Below, piece by piece: positions 24,496 to 38,900 of a stretch of DNA of 64,000 nucleotides. The translations under genes were made by a program, and so were the position numbers. Under the pieces are notes generated by a model, which had not been told where the DNA came from, searched no databases, and saw only the letters and a program-made list of their open reading frames with translations. The stretch lies in contig NC_043020.1 in the NCBI RefSeq assembly GCF_006345805.1, positions 28,024,001 to 28,088,000 on the forward strand. The letters are read 5' to 3'. The first letter of the stretch is position 1; each line of letters begins with the position of its first letter. Source of the DNA: Octopus sinensis. Lineage: Eukaryota.

Positions 24496-27400
24496 CTGAA
24501 TGGAAGGAGAAGATGGAAAAAAATGTATTACTGTAGTAATATCATTATTGATATCTTAAATCAGGGAACAGGAAAACTTGTTTAGGGGACAAAAAACTTA
24601 CTGGAAATGCTTTTATATTTTGTAGTGCCGCCAAACTGGCTCCCATGCCAGTGGCACGTAAAAAGCACCATTTGATTGGCCAGGAGCTACAGAAGAGGGT
24701 GCCATACAGTGGGACGGAGTGGTACTTTTTGGGCAAATGGAAACCAATATGTTCCATGGCATTTGTGAAGGATTGAAACACTTTGAGTGAGGCTGAGTGG
24801 GAAGGAGTAATTGTGGCTTCAGAAAAATGGTAGTACCAGCCCATGTACCAGCTTTCATCATCATCATTTTAACAACCATGTTTCCATGGTTGCACAAGAA
24901 GTCAGATGAAGTCAACCTTTACTTCGTCTCCAAGCAAGGTAATGTTTCACCAAGACCAGAGAATGTTTTGGTAGAATATTGGAAACGAACAACATTCATT
25001 AACCCTTTCATTACCAACCCAGCTGAAACCGCCTCTAGCTCTGTAGTACAAATGTCTTGTTTTCATAAGTTTTGGATTAAAATCTTCCACCAAACCTTAG
25101 TCACAGTTTATGTTCCTAACACTAGCTTAATGATAACTAAGTTATTTTACTAAATTCTTTGTTATATTTAAAATTAATTGAAAGAAACACAGAGCATCTC
25201 AACTGAAATATGGTGACAAAAGGGTTAACAACATTCACTCGATGCCAAGACAAAATTCAAACACATACATGCATATATACACGACAGGCTTCTTACAGAT
25301 TCCATCTACCAAATTCAGTTAACAGGAATCGGTCAGCCTGGAACTATAGAAGCAGACACTTGCCCCGAGTCTGAAACAGTAAGTGGTTCCAAAACAAGCT
25401 TCTTAACCGCAAAGTCTTACCTGCGGCAGGTGTTAATTAGAAATCAGAGGCAAATGATAAATGAGTGAAAATAGTTACCCAGCTCATTAGAAACAAACGA
25501 ATCAGCTTGTACACGTTCGCTGAATTTGTGTGTCTCACAGAAAACCAGAACCGGCACCGTGTAAGCCTTCGCCATCATACACAGCAAGGATGTACCAGCT
25601 CGGGACATAATGTAACCATTCGCCAAAGCAGCATGAGCACCGAGAAAGACTTTTGTGGCCTGAAAAACAGAAGAGAAGACAATAAAATACCGAAGAATAT
25701 AAAAATACATAATACTCTACAAATACCGAATAATATACTTTCTTCTTATTTTTATTTATATATTCATAAATATATTTCTTTACTAACCACAAGGGGCTAA
25801 ACACAGAGGGGACAAACAAACGGATTAAGGCAAGTATATCGACCCCAATGCGTAACTGGTACTTAATTTATCGACCACGAAAGGCAAAGTCGACCTGGGC
25901 GGAATTTGAACTCAGAACGTAGCGGCAGACGAAATACCTATTTCTTTACTACCCACAAGGGGCTAAACACAGAGGGGACAAACAAGGACAAACAAACGGA
26001 TTAAGGCGAGTATACCGACTCCAATGCGTAACTGGTACTTAATTTATCGACCCCGAAAGGATGAAAGGCAAAGTTGACCTCGGCGGAATTTGAACTCACA
26101 ACATAACAGCAGACGAAATACGGCTACGCATTTTGCCTGGCATGCTAATGTTTCTGCCAGCTCACAAATAAATAGATAAACAGTGGATCAGAAATTAAAT
26201 GTTTCTTAACTCTTTAGAATTGAATCCAGCCATATCCGGCCAAAACAGTCTACTTGCTTTATGTTCTAACTGGCCAGATCTGGTATCTCGCATCTACCCC
26301 CACAATGTCATTTTGAACATAAGCATTACTAACTAAATTCTCCTTGGAGAATGGCATCATGTAAGAAGCATCCAGTACCTTCTGTTAATTGGTTGGCATT
26401 AGGAAGAGCATCCAGCTATAGAACTGATACTCTGTCGGTTATGATGACGGGGGTTCCAGTCGATTCAATCAATGGAACAGCCTGCTCTTGGAATTAATGT
26501 GCAAGTGGCCGAGCACTCCACAGACATGTGTAGCCATAATGTGGTTCCCAGGGAGATTCAGCACAGCATAGAGTATGACAAGGCTGGCCCTTTTGAATTA
26601 CATTTTTGCCAGGAAAGCAGACTGGAGCAACATGAAATAAAATGTCTTGCACAAGGGCACAATACGCTGCCAGGAATTGAACTCATGACCTTTTGATCAT
26701 GAGCCAAAAACCTTAACCACTGAGCTACATGCCTTCGAGCAAGGGAAACCATGCCAAAACAGACAACAGAGCAACTGTCCAACCCGGGGGGTTCTCAACT
26801 AATTCTTTACCTGTGGACCCCTTTTATTCCTATGTTATTTGGGTGGATCCCCACAGCCAATTGATGCTTAAAAACTCTTTTTATTCTTTTACTTGTTTCA
26901 GTCATTTGACTGTGGCCATGCTGGAGTACCACCTTTAGTCAAACAGATTAATCCCAGGACTTATTCTTTGTAAGCCTAGTACTTATTCTATCAGTCTCTT
27001 TTGCCAAACTGCTAAGTTACAGGGACATATACACACCAACATCGGTTGTCAAGCAATGGTGGGCAGGACAAACACAGACACACAAACATATACATTCATA
27101 TATACGATGAGCTTCTTTCAGTTTCCCTCTACCAAATTCACTCAAAAGGCTTTGGTTGGCCCAATGCTATAGTAGAAGACACTTGCCCAAAGCACCACGC
27201 AGTGGGACTGAACCCGGAATCATGTAGTTCATAAGCAAGCCACTTCTACACCTATATTTTTTTTGGTATTTTTATAATTGAATACTATATAAAAATTATT
27301 AAAATATTTTCGGTATTGGGGACGTATGACCAATTTATTGTACATAAACTTTATTTGGTCTGAAGCACAATTTTTTCATGGCCCCTAAAAAATTACTGCG

Positions 27401-30400
27401 GACCCCAAAAATCATATATGGAACCCGGTTGAGAAACCTTGGTCTAACCCATGCCAGCATGGTAAACAGATGTTAAATGATGATGATGATGAAAGATTTC
27501 TGATGATAATGTTTTTTTTTTTATTTAAAAAAAATTTTCCATAAACAAATCTCAATTTAAACCAATTAAAATATTAGATAATGGACAGGAAATAGTAATT
27601 TACCTTCTGCATTGCATAGGAAATGGCACTGATCAGCACATAGGAACACTCCACACCGTTTTTAACCAAAACTTCTACTGTTTTCTTACCTAAAATATAA
27701 ACAAAATGTAAACATCAATAAAAGACAATGGTAGAATGGTTAACTGTTAATCTCAGGTGAAGTATGGTCACAGCAGTGTGGCCAAGAAGCTTGCTTCCTA
27801 ACCTTGTGGCCTTGAGTTCAATCCCACTCCCTGGCACCCTTAGACAAGTGCCTTCAAATACAGCCCTGGGCTGACCAAAGTCTTGTGATTAGGTTTAGTA
27901 GATGGAAACTGGAAGAAGCTCAACGTGTGTGTGTGTGTGTGTGTGTGTATGTAAAAGTATGTGGGTGAGTAAGTGTGTGTGTATGTGGGTAGCCTCGTTT
28001 TGACATCATGAGATGGTTGTAAATGAGCATCACTGTCATACAAGTGGTGTTGTTTGTTTCCAGTCTTCTCTGAAAGACATGGTCTGGCTATGGAAAAATA
28101 TTACCTTGCCAGGAAACAGGTGAAAGCTGGCAACAGGAAGGGCATCAGGCTGTTGAAAATCTACCTAAAACAAGTTCTATCTGATCCATGCAAGCATGGA
28201 AAAGTGGACCTTAAATGATGATGATGGTGATGATGACAGAATGGTCAACTCTATTCGTATGAGATGTATGACTGTTGATGAAGAAGTTCTACTTTTCTTA
28301 CTTCAGACCAAGAACAGCCAAGTCCAATAAAGCGTCAGGTATCAAGGCGGCGAGCTGGCAGAAATGTTAGCATGCCGGATGAAATGCTTAGCGGTATTTC
28401 GTCTGTCGTTACGTTCTGAGTTCAAACTCCGCCGTTGACTTTGCCTTTCATCCTTTCAGGGTCGATAAATTAAGTACCATTTCCGCACTGGGGTCGATGT
28501 AATCGACTTAATACCTATGTCTGTCCTTGTTTGTCCCCTCTGTGTTTGGTCCCTTGTGGGTAATAAAGAAATAGGTATCAAGGCGGCGAGCTGGCAGAAT
28601 CATTAGCATGCAGGGCAAAATTGCTTAGCAGTATTTCATCTGTCTTTACGTTCTGATTTCAAATTGTCAGGAGACAACATCAAGCTCTGCTGTCTGCCTT
28701 GGCATGGCTTCTATGGCTGGATACCCTTCCTGACGCCAACCACTTTACAGAGTGTACCATGTGGCCCCAGCGGCACATAACACTAAGTGCAGTAATGTTG
28801 TTTGAACTCTCAAGAACGTGATCAGCTTCCCATGTCAAACCTTGAAAATAATAAAATGCAATGTAAAACAAATTGATTGTTTTTTTTTAAATACTTACCT
28901 TCCATTCGAGGCCGAGAATCTACTACAATTACACTGAATCGTTTGTTGTGCTTTTTAGCATCAATTAAGATTTCACGCACCAGCGATGACCTGTTTGTTG
29001 AGTGGAATATAAGAAGAGCAAATACGAAATTAAAAAAAGCATATATTTCATATAAAGATTTTAATTATAGCACACACAGACCCCCCCACACACACACACA
29101 CATATTTGCATGGCAAAATTAAATAGTACAACTGTTAATCTCCAAAGTTCAAAATATTTTCGAGAGGCCAGTCGGGGCAGCACTGGAAAGTGGCCGTTGC
29201 CAGCGCCGGCCCGACTGGCCTCCGTGCCGGTGGCACATAAAAAGCACCATCCGTTCATGGCCATTGCCAGCCTCGCCTGGCCCCCGTGCCGGTGGCACGT
29301 AAAGAGCACCATCCGTTCGTGGCCGTTGCCAGCCTCGCCTGGCACGTAAAAAGCACCATCCGATCGTGGCCGTCTGCCAGACTTGTCTGGCACCTGTGCA
29401 GGTGGCATGTAAAAAGCACCCACTACACTCACGGAGTGGTTGGCGTTAGGAAGGGCATCCAGCCATAGAAACATTGCCAGATGAGACTGGGCCTAGTGCA
29501 GCCTTCTGGCTTCTCAGACCCAGTTTAACCGTCCAACCCATGCTAGCATGGAAAGCGGATGCTAAACGATGATGAAGTGCCAAAAATGGAGAATTCCAGA
29601 CAGCAATCAGAAGGTTTCCTTAAAATATCAGCTAAACTAAAGTACTTTTCTTTGTTTCAGATATACTAGCAGTATAGCCCAGCATTGCTCAGGTTTGTTC
29701 TTTAGTTGCGCTTAAAACAGCAGACTTTGATGTCACATTAACAAAGTTTTGAGATAGTTTCAATGTTTTTTGAAAAGTAAAAATTTTGCATTATGTAGCT
29801 TGTTATTCTCTTTAAGTGAACATTTTTCTGGTTGAAATACACCAAAAAATGGTGACACAGCAGTCAAAAAATTGTAAAAAATAGGGATTTTCATAGAGAA
29901 AAAGCACCTTTTTGGTGTAAATAATTTTTCGTGTTAACATGGTCCGATTTGAATGTTTTCTTCTACGGAAGGAAGAGCAAGCCTTCTTCTATCATAATCT
30001 CAATTTTGGTCAACTTGCGCCGCAGGGTCTCGGAGGAAATAGTGTTAGTTGAAGGCTACCAAACCTGCCACACACACACAGACAACTTCAGCTTTATATG
30101 CATAGATTAGAACCATTTTATATTGATTATTTAGTATTTGGTATCCTCTAGTGCATTCGGTACCTTTTAGTGTAAAATTTGGTTCCATCACAAAATGTGT
30201 CTTTGTGGCTCTGAACTGGACAAGCATTAAATTTATATAAAGCTCCATTCATAGTTTATGGAAATAGATAATGCATTAAGTGTAGGGATGGTTGTGTGGT
30301 AGAGAAGCTTGCTTCCTAACCATGTGGTCTCAGGTTCAGTGCCACTAAGCATCTTCTACCACAGCCAAGAGTCGACCAAAGCCTTTTGAGTGGATCTGGC

Positions 30401-31414
30401 AGACAGAAACTGCCAGTGTGTGTGTGTGTGCACACACTCACGTCATGACATCTCATGTTGATTGTAAACAAGCATCACTGTCATACAAGTGGTGTTATTC
30501 TGTAAAAAAAAAAAAACTATATCTGCCAATGGTATTACCTTGCTCGGAAAGAGGTGAGGGTTGGCAATAATAAGGCAGCGAGCTGGCAGAATCGTTAGCA
30601 TGCAGGGCAAAATTGCTTAGCAGTATTTCGTTTGTCTTTACGTTCTGAGTTCAAATTCCACCGAGGTCAACTTTGCCTTTCAACCATTCGGGGTTAATCT
30701 AATCGACTGCCCCCTCCCCTCCAAAACCACACAGCCACACTTGTACCTATACTCTTTTACTCTTTTACTTGTTTCAGTCATTTGACTGCGGCCATGCTGG
30801 AGCACCGCCTTTTAATCGAGCAACTCGACCCCGGGACTTATTCTTTTGTAAGTCCAGTACTTATTCTATCGGTCTCTTTTGCCGAATTGCTAAGTAACGG
30901 GGACATAAACACACCAGCATCGGTTGTCAAGCAATGCTAGGGGGACAAACACAGACACACAAACATACACACACACATATATACATACATATATACGACA
31001 GGCTTCTTTCAGTTTCCGTCTACCAAATCCACTCACAAGGCTTTGGTCGGCCCGAGGCTATAGTAGAAGACACTTGCTCAAGATGGCATGCAGTGGGACT
31101 GAACTCGAAACCATGTGGTTGGTAAGCAAGCTACTTACCACACAGCCACTCCTGCGTGGAATAATTCTTGACAAAACTCAAAGACCAAAAAAAAAAGAAG
31201 ACAAACCAAAAACAAAACATTGCAAGGTACCCACCCTGAATATACAATGATTACATCATCATCTTCTATCTTCTCTTTCGCTTTCAGGAAAATAGCATCT
31301 GCAGCTAAATATAGCTTCTCTTTGATGTATCGATCAATAAAATCCACCAATTTTTCCTTGGCCTTCAACAGAAAATTAAGGATGGTTAAGAGAAGAAAAA
31401 GAAAAAAGAAAAAC

Positions 31415-31477
<63 letters not shown>

Positions 31478-32843
31478 GCAGCAAAAGTTAACAAATGCAT
31501 ATGTACAAAGTAACATTTCTTCTGGTGTTTTACCGCTTGGCAAGTTTCATTTTTCTCTTTTTTAACAAAAAAAAATCTACTTAACTCCCCCACCCCACCC
31601 CCACAAGGCTTCACTGAAGCAATCAACGTTTAAATTAGACGTCTACAAACAAGACTTACCTGTTCGTTTTAAACTCTTTTAGTTTTATTTATTTCTTGGA
31701 CTCTTCTTAATTAAGGGTCGTTAACCTAGTTTTAACGTGCATCGTTAAGAATTATGATGGAACACACACGTTTCATTTTCCATTTGTGTTTTTTTTTTTG
31801 TTTTTTTACAGATATTTCTTATTAACGATGTTACTGTTATCATCATCATCATCATCGTCATCATCTGATGGTAGAACCATTAGAGCAGTATTTGTTTCAA
31901 GTCTTTTACATTCTGAGTTCAAATCCCACTATGGTCATCTATGTTTTCCATTCTTTCAGGATCGATAAAATAAAATACCAGTCAAGTACCAGGGAAATTA
32001 GAAACAATTAATTTTATTATTTATTATTAAGGCGGCGAGCTGGCAGAAGCATTAGCACACAGGGGCCGAAATGCTTAGCGGTATTTCGTCTGCCGTTACG
32101 TTCTGAGTTCAAATTCCGCCGAGGTCGACTTTGCCTTTCATCCTTTCAGGGTCGATAAATTAAGTACCAGTTACGCACTGGGGTTAATGTAATCGACTTA
32201 ATACCTTTGTCTGTCCTTGTTTGTCCCCTCTATGTTTAGCCCCTTGTGGGTAGTAAAGAAATAAGAATCGTTAACATTACTACATTCTGAGTTCAAATTC
32301 CACCAAGGTCTTTGCCTTTCATCCATCTGGGGGTCAACAAATGATCGCTTAACATTTGCTTTTCATGCTGGCATGGGTTGGATAGTTTGACTGAGGGCTG
32401 GAAGCCAGAAGTCTGCACCAGGCTTCAATCCGATCAGGCAAAGTTTCTACAGCTGGATGCCCTTCCTAACGCCAACCACTTTGAGAACGTACTGCGTGCA
32501 CTTTACGTGCCACCGGCACAAGGGCCAGTCGGGCAGTACTGGAATCAATATATATATATGCACACACATATATACTCACACACACATATACACACACATA
32601 TATACATATATATATATAATACACATATATATACACATACATACACACACACACATATACATACATACACATATATACATACATACACACCACATATATA
32701 TATATATACACATACATATATATATATGCATACACACACACACACATATTTATTTATTTATTTCGAAAAAGAATACAATTCTAATTGCTATGATTGCTTC
32801 ATCCTAATTACAATTATCATCCATCATCGTTACTACCACCATC

Positions 32844-32905
<62 letters not shown>

Positions 32906-35900
32906 CAGCACAATCTATAATTTCTTTTGACCAACTCCAACGTATCTCATACAGGAAAAAAAAGAGCAAAAAAACTGATTAAATCCAATTCCAGTGCATT
33001 ACACAAATTAATTCTTATCAAGTGTAGGGATGCCAGACATAATTGGCCCCGATGGGATTTTTGCAAACCAGAATATTGAGGGTAAAGAAAAAAGAAGCTG
33101 AATCCTGTCCAGCATCTACTGTACTAACCAACATTCTTATTATTATTATTATTATTATTATTCTTTGTCGTCATCATCATCATCATCATCATCATTTAAC
33201 ATCCATGTTCCCTGCTGGCATGGGTTGGACAGTTTGAACCCAGAATCATGTGGTTGGGAAGCAAGCTTCCTGCCATGCCTCTCACCACATAGCCATACCT
33301 GTTTATAAGGCAGGATGCTTTTCTCTTAAGAGACGTTATCATCATCATCATCATCATCATCATCATCGTTTAACGTCTGTTTTCCATGCTGGCATGGGTT
33401 GGACGGTTCAACTGGGATCTGGGAAGCCAGGAGGCTTCATCAGGCCCAGTCTGATCTGGCAGTGTTTCTACGGCTGGATGCCCTTCCTAACGCCAACCAC
33501 TCCGTGAGTGTAGTGGGTGATTTTTATGTGCCACCTGCACAGGTGCCAGACAAGGCTGGCAAACGGCCACGATCGGATGGTGCTTTTTACGTGCCACCGG
33601 CACGGCGGCCAGATAAGGCTGTCAACGGCCAGGAAAACTGCGGCATCTTGCCCATCAATGGTGTATATACATAGATAACTATTTTCATTCAATGCTGCTT
33701 CAATTGCACACATTCAGTTTATAGATTATGTTGCATTACTTTCTGAAGGCGGCGAACTGGCAGAATCATTAGCACGCAGAGCAAAATGCTTAGCGGTATT
33801 TCGTTCGTCTTAACGTTCTGAGTTCAAATTCTGCTGAGGTCGACTTTGCCCTTCATCCTTTCGGGGTCGATTAAATAAGTACCAGTTATGCACTGGGGTC
33901 AATATAATCAACTTAATCCGTTTGTCTGTCCTTGTTTGTCCCCTCTGTGTTTAGCTCCTTGTGGGTAGTAAAGAAATAGGTATTTCGTTCATCCTAACGT
34001 TCTGAGTTCAAATTCCGCCGAGGTTGATTTTGCCTTTCGTCTTTTCGAGGTCAATAAAAAAAATACCAGTTACGCACTGGGGTCAATGAAATCAACTTAA
34101 TCCCATTGTCTGTCCCCTCTATGTTTAGCCCCTTGTGGGCAATAAAGAAATAAATATTTTCTCCCCATTAAGGTGCCGAGCTGGCAGAATCATTAGCATG
34201 CCAGGCAAAATGCTCTGCTGCTTACATTCTGAGTTCAAATTCTGCCACGGTTGACGTTGCCTTTCATCCTTTTGGGGTGGATTAAATAAGTACCAGTTAT
34301 GCACTGGGGGTTGATGTAATTGACTTAATCCCTATGTCTGTCCTTGTTTGACCCCTCTACATTTAGCCCCCACAGTTGATGCAATCAACAGAACAGCCTG
34401 CTTGTGAAATTAACATGCAAGTGGCTGAGCACTCCACGTACCCCTTGTACCCTTAACATAGTTCTCAGGGAGATTCAACATGACACAGAGTGTGATAAGG
34501 CTAACCCCTTTTGAATTACTGGTACAACTCATTTTTGCCAGGTGAGTGGAAAGGATCAACGTGAAATAAAGTGTCTTGCTCAAGGACACAATGTGTTGTC
34601 AGGAATTGAACTCATGACCTTACAATCGTAAGCTGCACACTCTAACCACTAAGCCAAACGCTTTCACAAGATCTCGATATCAGTCAAAAACCCTGACCCT
34701 GTAACACTTATTTCTGTATCAAGTCCCCTAATTGCAGTTCGTCACAAGATACTTACATCTTTTTCATCCACTTCGGGACTGATGAGTGAAATATTTCTCT
34801 TCAAAGATCGAATGGCGTTCCTCATACTCACAGAAAGATGTCGGCAAGTAACCAAAAAGCTAAAAGAATGGCAAAGAGATAAAGAAGGAAAGAGAAAATG
34901 AAAAACAAGATGGAAAAAAACAAAAAAAAAATCATCCAAAATCGAAATCAAAATCTTTCAACATCAACGGAAATTGTAGCTGAGATACCAGTGCCGGTGG
35001 CACGTAAGAGAACTGTCCAAATGTGGCCGTTGCCAGCGCCGCCCAGACTGGTCTCCATGCCGGTGGCACGTAAAAAGCACCTTCCAATCATGGCCGTTTG
35101 CCAGCCTCGTCTGGCACCCATAAAAAGGACCCACTACACTCTCGGAGTGGTTGGCGTTAGAAAGGGCATCCAGCTGTAGAAACACTGCCAGATCAGACTG
35201 GAGCCTGGTGCAGCCCCTGGCTTCCCAGACCCCAGTTGAACCGTCCAACCCGTGCTAGCATGGAAAACGGACGTTAAACGATGATGATGATGATGGATTG
35301 AAATTTTAATTCATTATTTTTTTACTTATTTTGCTCATTGCCTTGGGTGTGGCCATGCTAAGGCACCATCCTGAAGGGTTTAATTTATATTCCAACATTA
35401 AGTTAATAATGAGAAAACTTTTTAACTGAACCCAAAACCACATGTTGGGAAATGCATTTGTTAACCCCACAACCATTCTGGGCTTAAATTCCTTTTTTGC
35501 TTGACTAGAAGAAATAGTTTATTTGTAGAACAAACCAAGAAATAGCAATGGAACTAGATTTTTCGGTCAAGAAAACTAAATGGAGCAATTAGTGTTATGT
35601 CCTTGTCTCAAAGTTTATGGCTGAAAGAAGCTGACCTATGAGCCTTGTTCATCTGATGCGTGGTCAAAAGAAAAAAAAAACAGTGGTGTGGGTGCTGGGG
35701 CCACGTAAAAAGCACTCAATACACTCTATAAAATGACCAGCATTCGGAAGAGCATCCTGCCAAAGCAGATTATAGAACCAGGTGTGGTCCTGGGCCTTAC
35801 CAGTTCCTGTTAAGCCGTCCAACTCATACCAGCATGGAAAATGGACGATAGATCCTTTCTACTAAAGGCACAAGGCCTGAAATTTGGGACCTGGGGACTA

Positions 35901-38900
35901 GTCGATTGCAATGACCCCAGTGTTTCACTAGTACTTAATTTATCGACCCTGAAAGGATGAAAGGCAAAGTTGACCTCGGCGGAATTTGAACTCAGAACGT
36001 AACGGCAGACGAAATACTGCTAAGCATTTCACCCGGCGTGCTAACGTTTCTACCAGCTCGCCTGGACGATAAATGATGATGATGATGATGATAAATGAAA
36101 CAAAAGTCGAAAGACAAGAGAGAGGAGAATATCTTACTCAATACTGTGTCTGATTCGATGCTCCAGATCTCGGCTGAGTTCTTTCTCTGTTGGTGTAGAA
36201 TATTCACGAATAACCTACAAAAAGGCAGAAAAGAAGAAAAAAAAACATCAATTTTTAATACGAAAATCTTTTGAAAATAATAATTTTTTTCTTTTTTAGC
36301 TCAAAGGTACGAATTGGTGGGGAGGAAGAACAGTTGATTGAAGGGACCTCCCTACATGGCTGTTCTTTAACCCTTCCGTTTCCACATTTATGTTAAAGTA
36401 CACTGCATTTGTTTCAACTAATTTTGAAAGCACCCACTGCACTCTCGGAGTGGTTGGCGTTAGGAAGGGCATCCAGCTGTAGAAACTCTGCCAGATCAAG
36501 ATTGAAGCCTGGTGCAGCCATCTGGTTCGCCAGTCCTCAGTCAAATCGTCCAACCCATGCTAGCATGGAAAGCGGATGTTAAACGATGATGATGATGAAG
36601 CATGGCTGTGTGGTAAGAAGCTTGCTTTCAAACCTCATGGCTCTGGGTTCAGTCCAATTGCTAGCCACCTTGAGCAAGTATGTTCTACTATAGCCTTGGT
36701 CCAACCAAAACTTAGTGAGCAGACTTGATAGATGGAAACTGAAAGAAGCCCATCCTAATATATATATATATATATATATATATCATCATCATCGTTTAAC
36801 ATCCGTTTTCCGCGCTAGCACGGGTTGCACCAGGCTCCAGTATAATCTGGCAGTGTTTCTACAGCTGGATGCCCTTCCTAACGCCAACCACTCCGCGAGT
36901 GTAGTGGGTGCTTTTTACGTGCCACCGGCACAGGTGCCAGGGGAGTCTGGCAGCGACCACAATCAGTTGGTGCTTTTAACGTGCCACCGGCACGGAAGCC
37001 AGTCAAGGTGGTGCTGGCATTGGCCACGTTCGGATGGTGCTTTTTACGTGCCACCAGCACAGAAGGCGGGCGGGCGGCACTGGCATTGGCCACGTTCGGA
37101 TGGTGCTTTTTATGTGCCACCGGCACAGGTATCACAACTACTATTTCCATTGATATTTATTTTGATGTTCATATATATATATATATATATATATTTGGAC
37201 TTTGGGTATATGTCTATTAGTATGTCGATCAAAGCACGTTCACCGTTTTTGGCTACCTGATGTCATCCACAAATATCTTGACAAGTACATGCATTCCATG
37301 TAGTCCAACTCATGCTAGAATGGAAAAGTGGACACAAAACGAAGACGGTGACAAAATGGGAGGCAAGAAAAGATGGCAAAAACATGAAAAAAAAAACCCC
37401 ACTTACTTGTTGAAGCGCTCGCAGTAAACTGATGCAGCGTGCATTTGAGCCACAAATTAGGCCCCGTGAATATAAAAGACCCAATTGAATAATGGCAGGA
37501 TGAACATTACAGTTTTTGAATCTGTTAAAAGAGTGGGGGAAAAAAGAATAATTAGAATATATTAATTACTACAAAATATACACACACACACACACACCCA
37601 TCATTCATTTTATACTCTTGCTCTCTTTTACTCTTTTACTTGTTTCAGTCATTTGACTGCGGCCATGCTGGAGCACTGCCTTTTAGTCGAGTAAATCGAC
37701 CCCGGGACTTATTCTTTGTAAGCCCAGCACTTATTCTATCGGTCTTTTTTGCCGAACCGCTAAGTGATGGGGACGTAAACACACCAGCATCAGTGGTCAA
37801 GAGATGGGGAGGGGGACAAACACAGACACACATACATATATATATATATATATACATATATACGACAGGCGTCTTTCAGTTTCCGTCTACCAAATCCACT
37901 CACAAGGCATTGGTCGGCCCGGGGCTATAGCAGAAGACAGTTGCCCAAGATGCCACGCAGTGGGACTGAACCCAGAACCATGTGGTTGGTTAGCAAGCTA
38001 CTTACCACACAGCCACTCCTGCGACTATGTTCACTTTTTCATGTGGGCATGAGTCAGATGAATGTGTTATTGAGGCAGTGTTTTACAACCAGACGCTCTT
38101 CCTGTCACTAACACTCGACATGGGTTTTTCAAGTAAGAGGAGGTATCCTATTTCTTATGTCTTTCAAGATGTGAAGTGAGCGGGTGATTGGGTTGACAGA
38201 AGGGGCAACGATAACAATGCCATAGGAACTTCTGAAGAACACAGGCGATACACACATACACATCTTTATTTTCAGCCTGTTTTAGTCATTAGACTGCGGC
38301 CATGCTGGGGCACCGTCTTGAAGAATTTTCAGTCAAATAAATCCAACCCCTGTACTTTTTTCTTTTAAGCCTGACACTTATTCTTTCAGTCTCTTTTACT
38401 GAACTGCTGAATTATGTGGACGTAAACAAACCAACACCAATTGTCAAGCAGTGGCGGAGGGCAAATGCAGACACAAAGATACATATGTATATGCGGTGGG
38501 CTTCTTACAGTTTCTTATTTCTTTATTGCCCACAAGGGGCTAAACATAGAGGGGACAAAAAAGGACAGACAAAGGGATTAAGTCGTTTACATCAACCCCA
38601 GTGCGTAACTAGTACTTAATTTATCGACCCTCGAAAGGATGAAAGGCAAAGTTGACCTTGGCGGAATTTGAACTCAGAACGTAACGGCAGACGAAATACT
38701 GCTAAGTATTTCGCCGGGCGTGCTAACGATTCTGCCAGCTCATCGCCTTACAATTTCTGTCACCCCTCAGCCCCCACCCCACCCCCAGTATTTGTCTTAT
38801 TCTTTGTTTTACTGAACCCGAAAGAACAAAAGGCAAACAAACAAACACAAAACAAAGAACAAGAAGTGGTTACAAAAGAAAGTAAAACAAAAACACCTAC

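Noticed and set aside
28891-28900. ATACTTACCT matching the U1 snRNA 5' end
   Set aside because: It is the reverse complement of an EIF2B4 splice donor.
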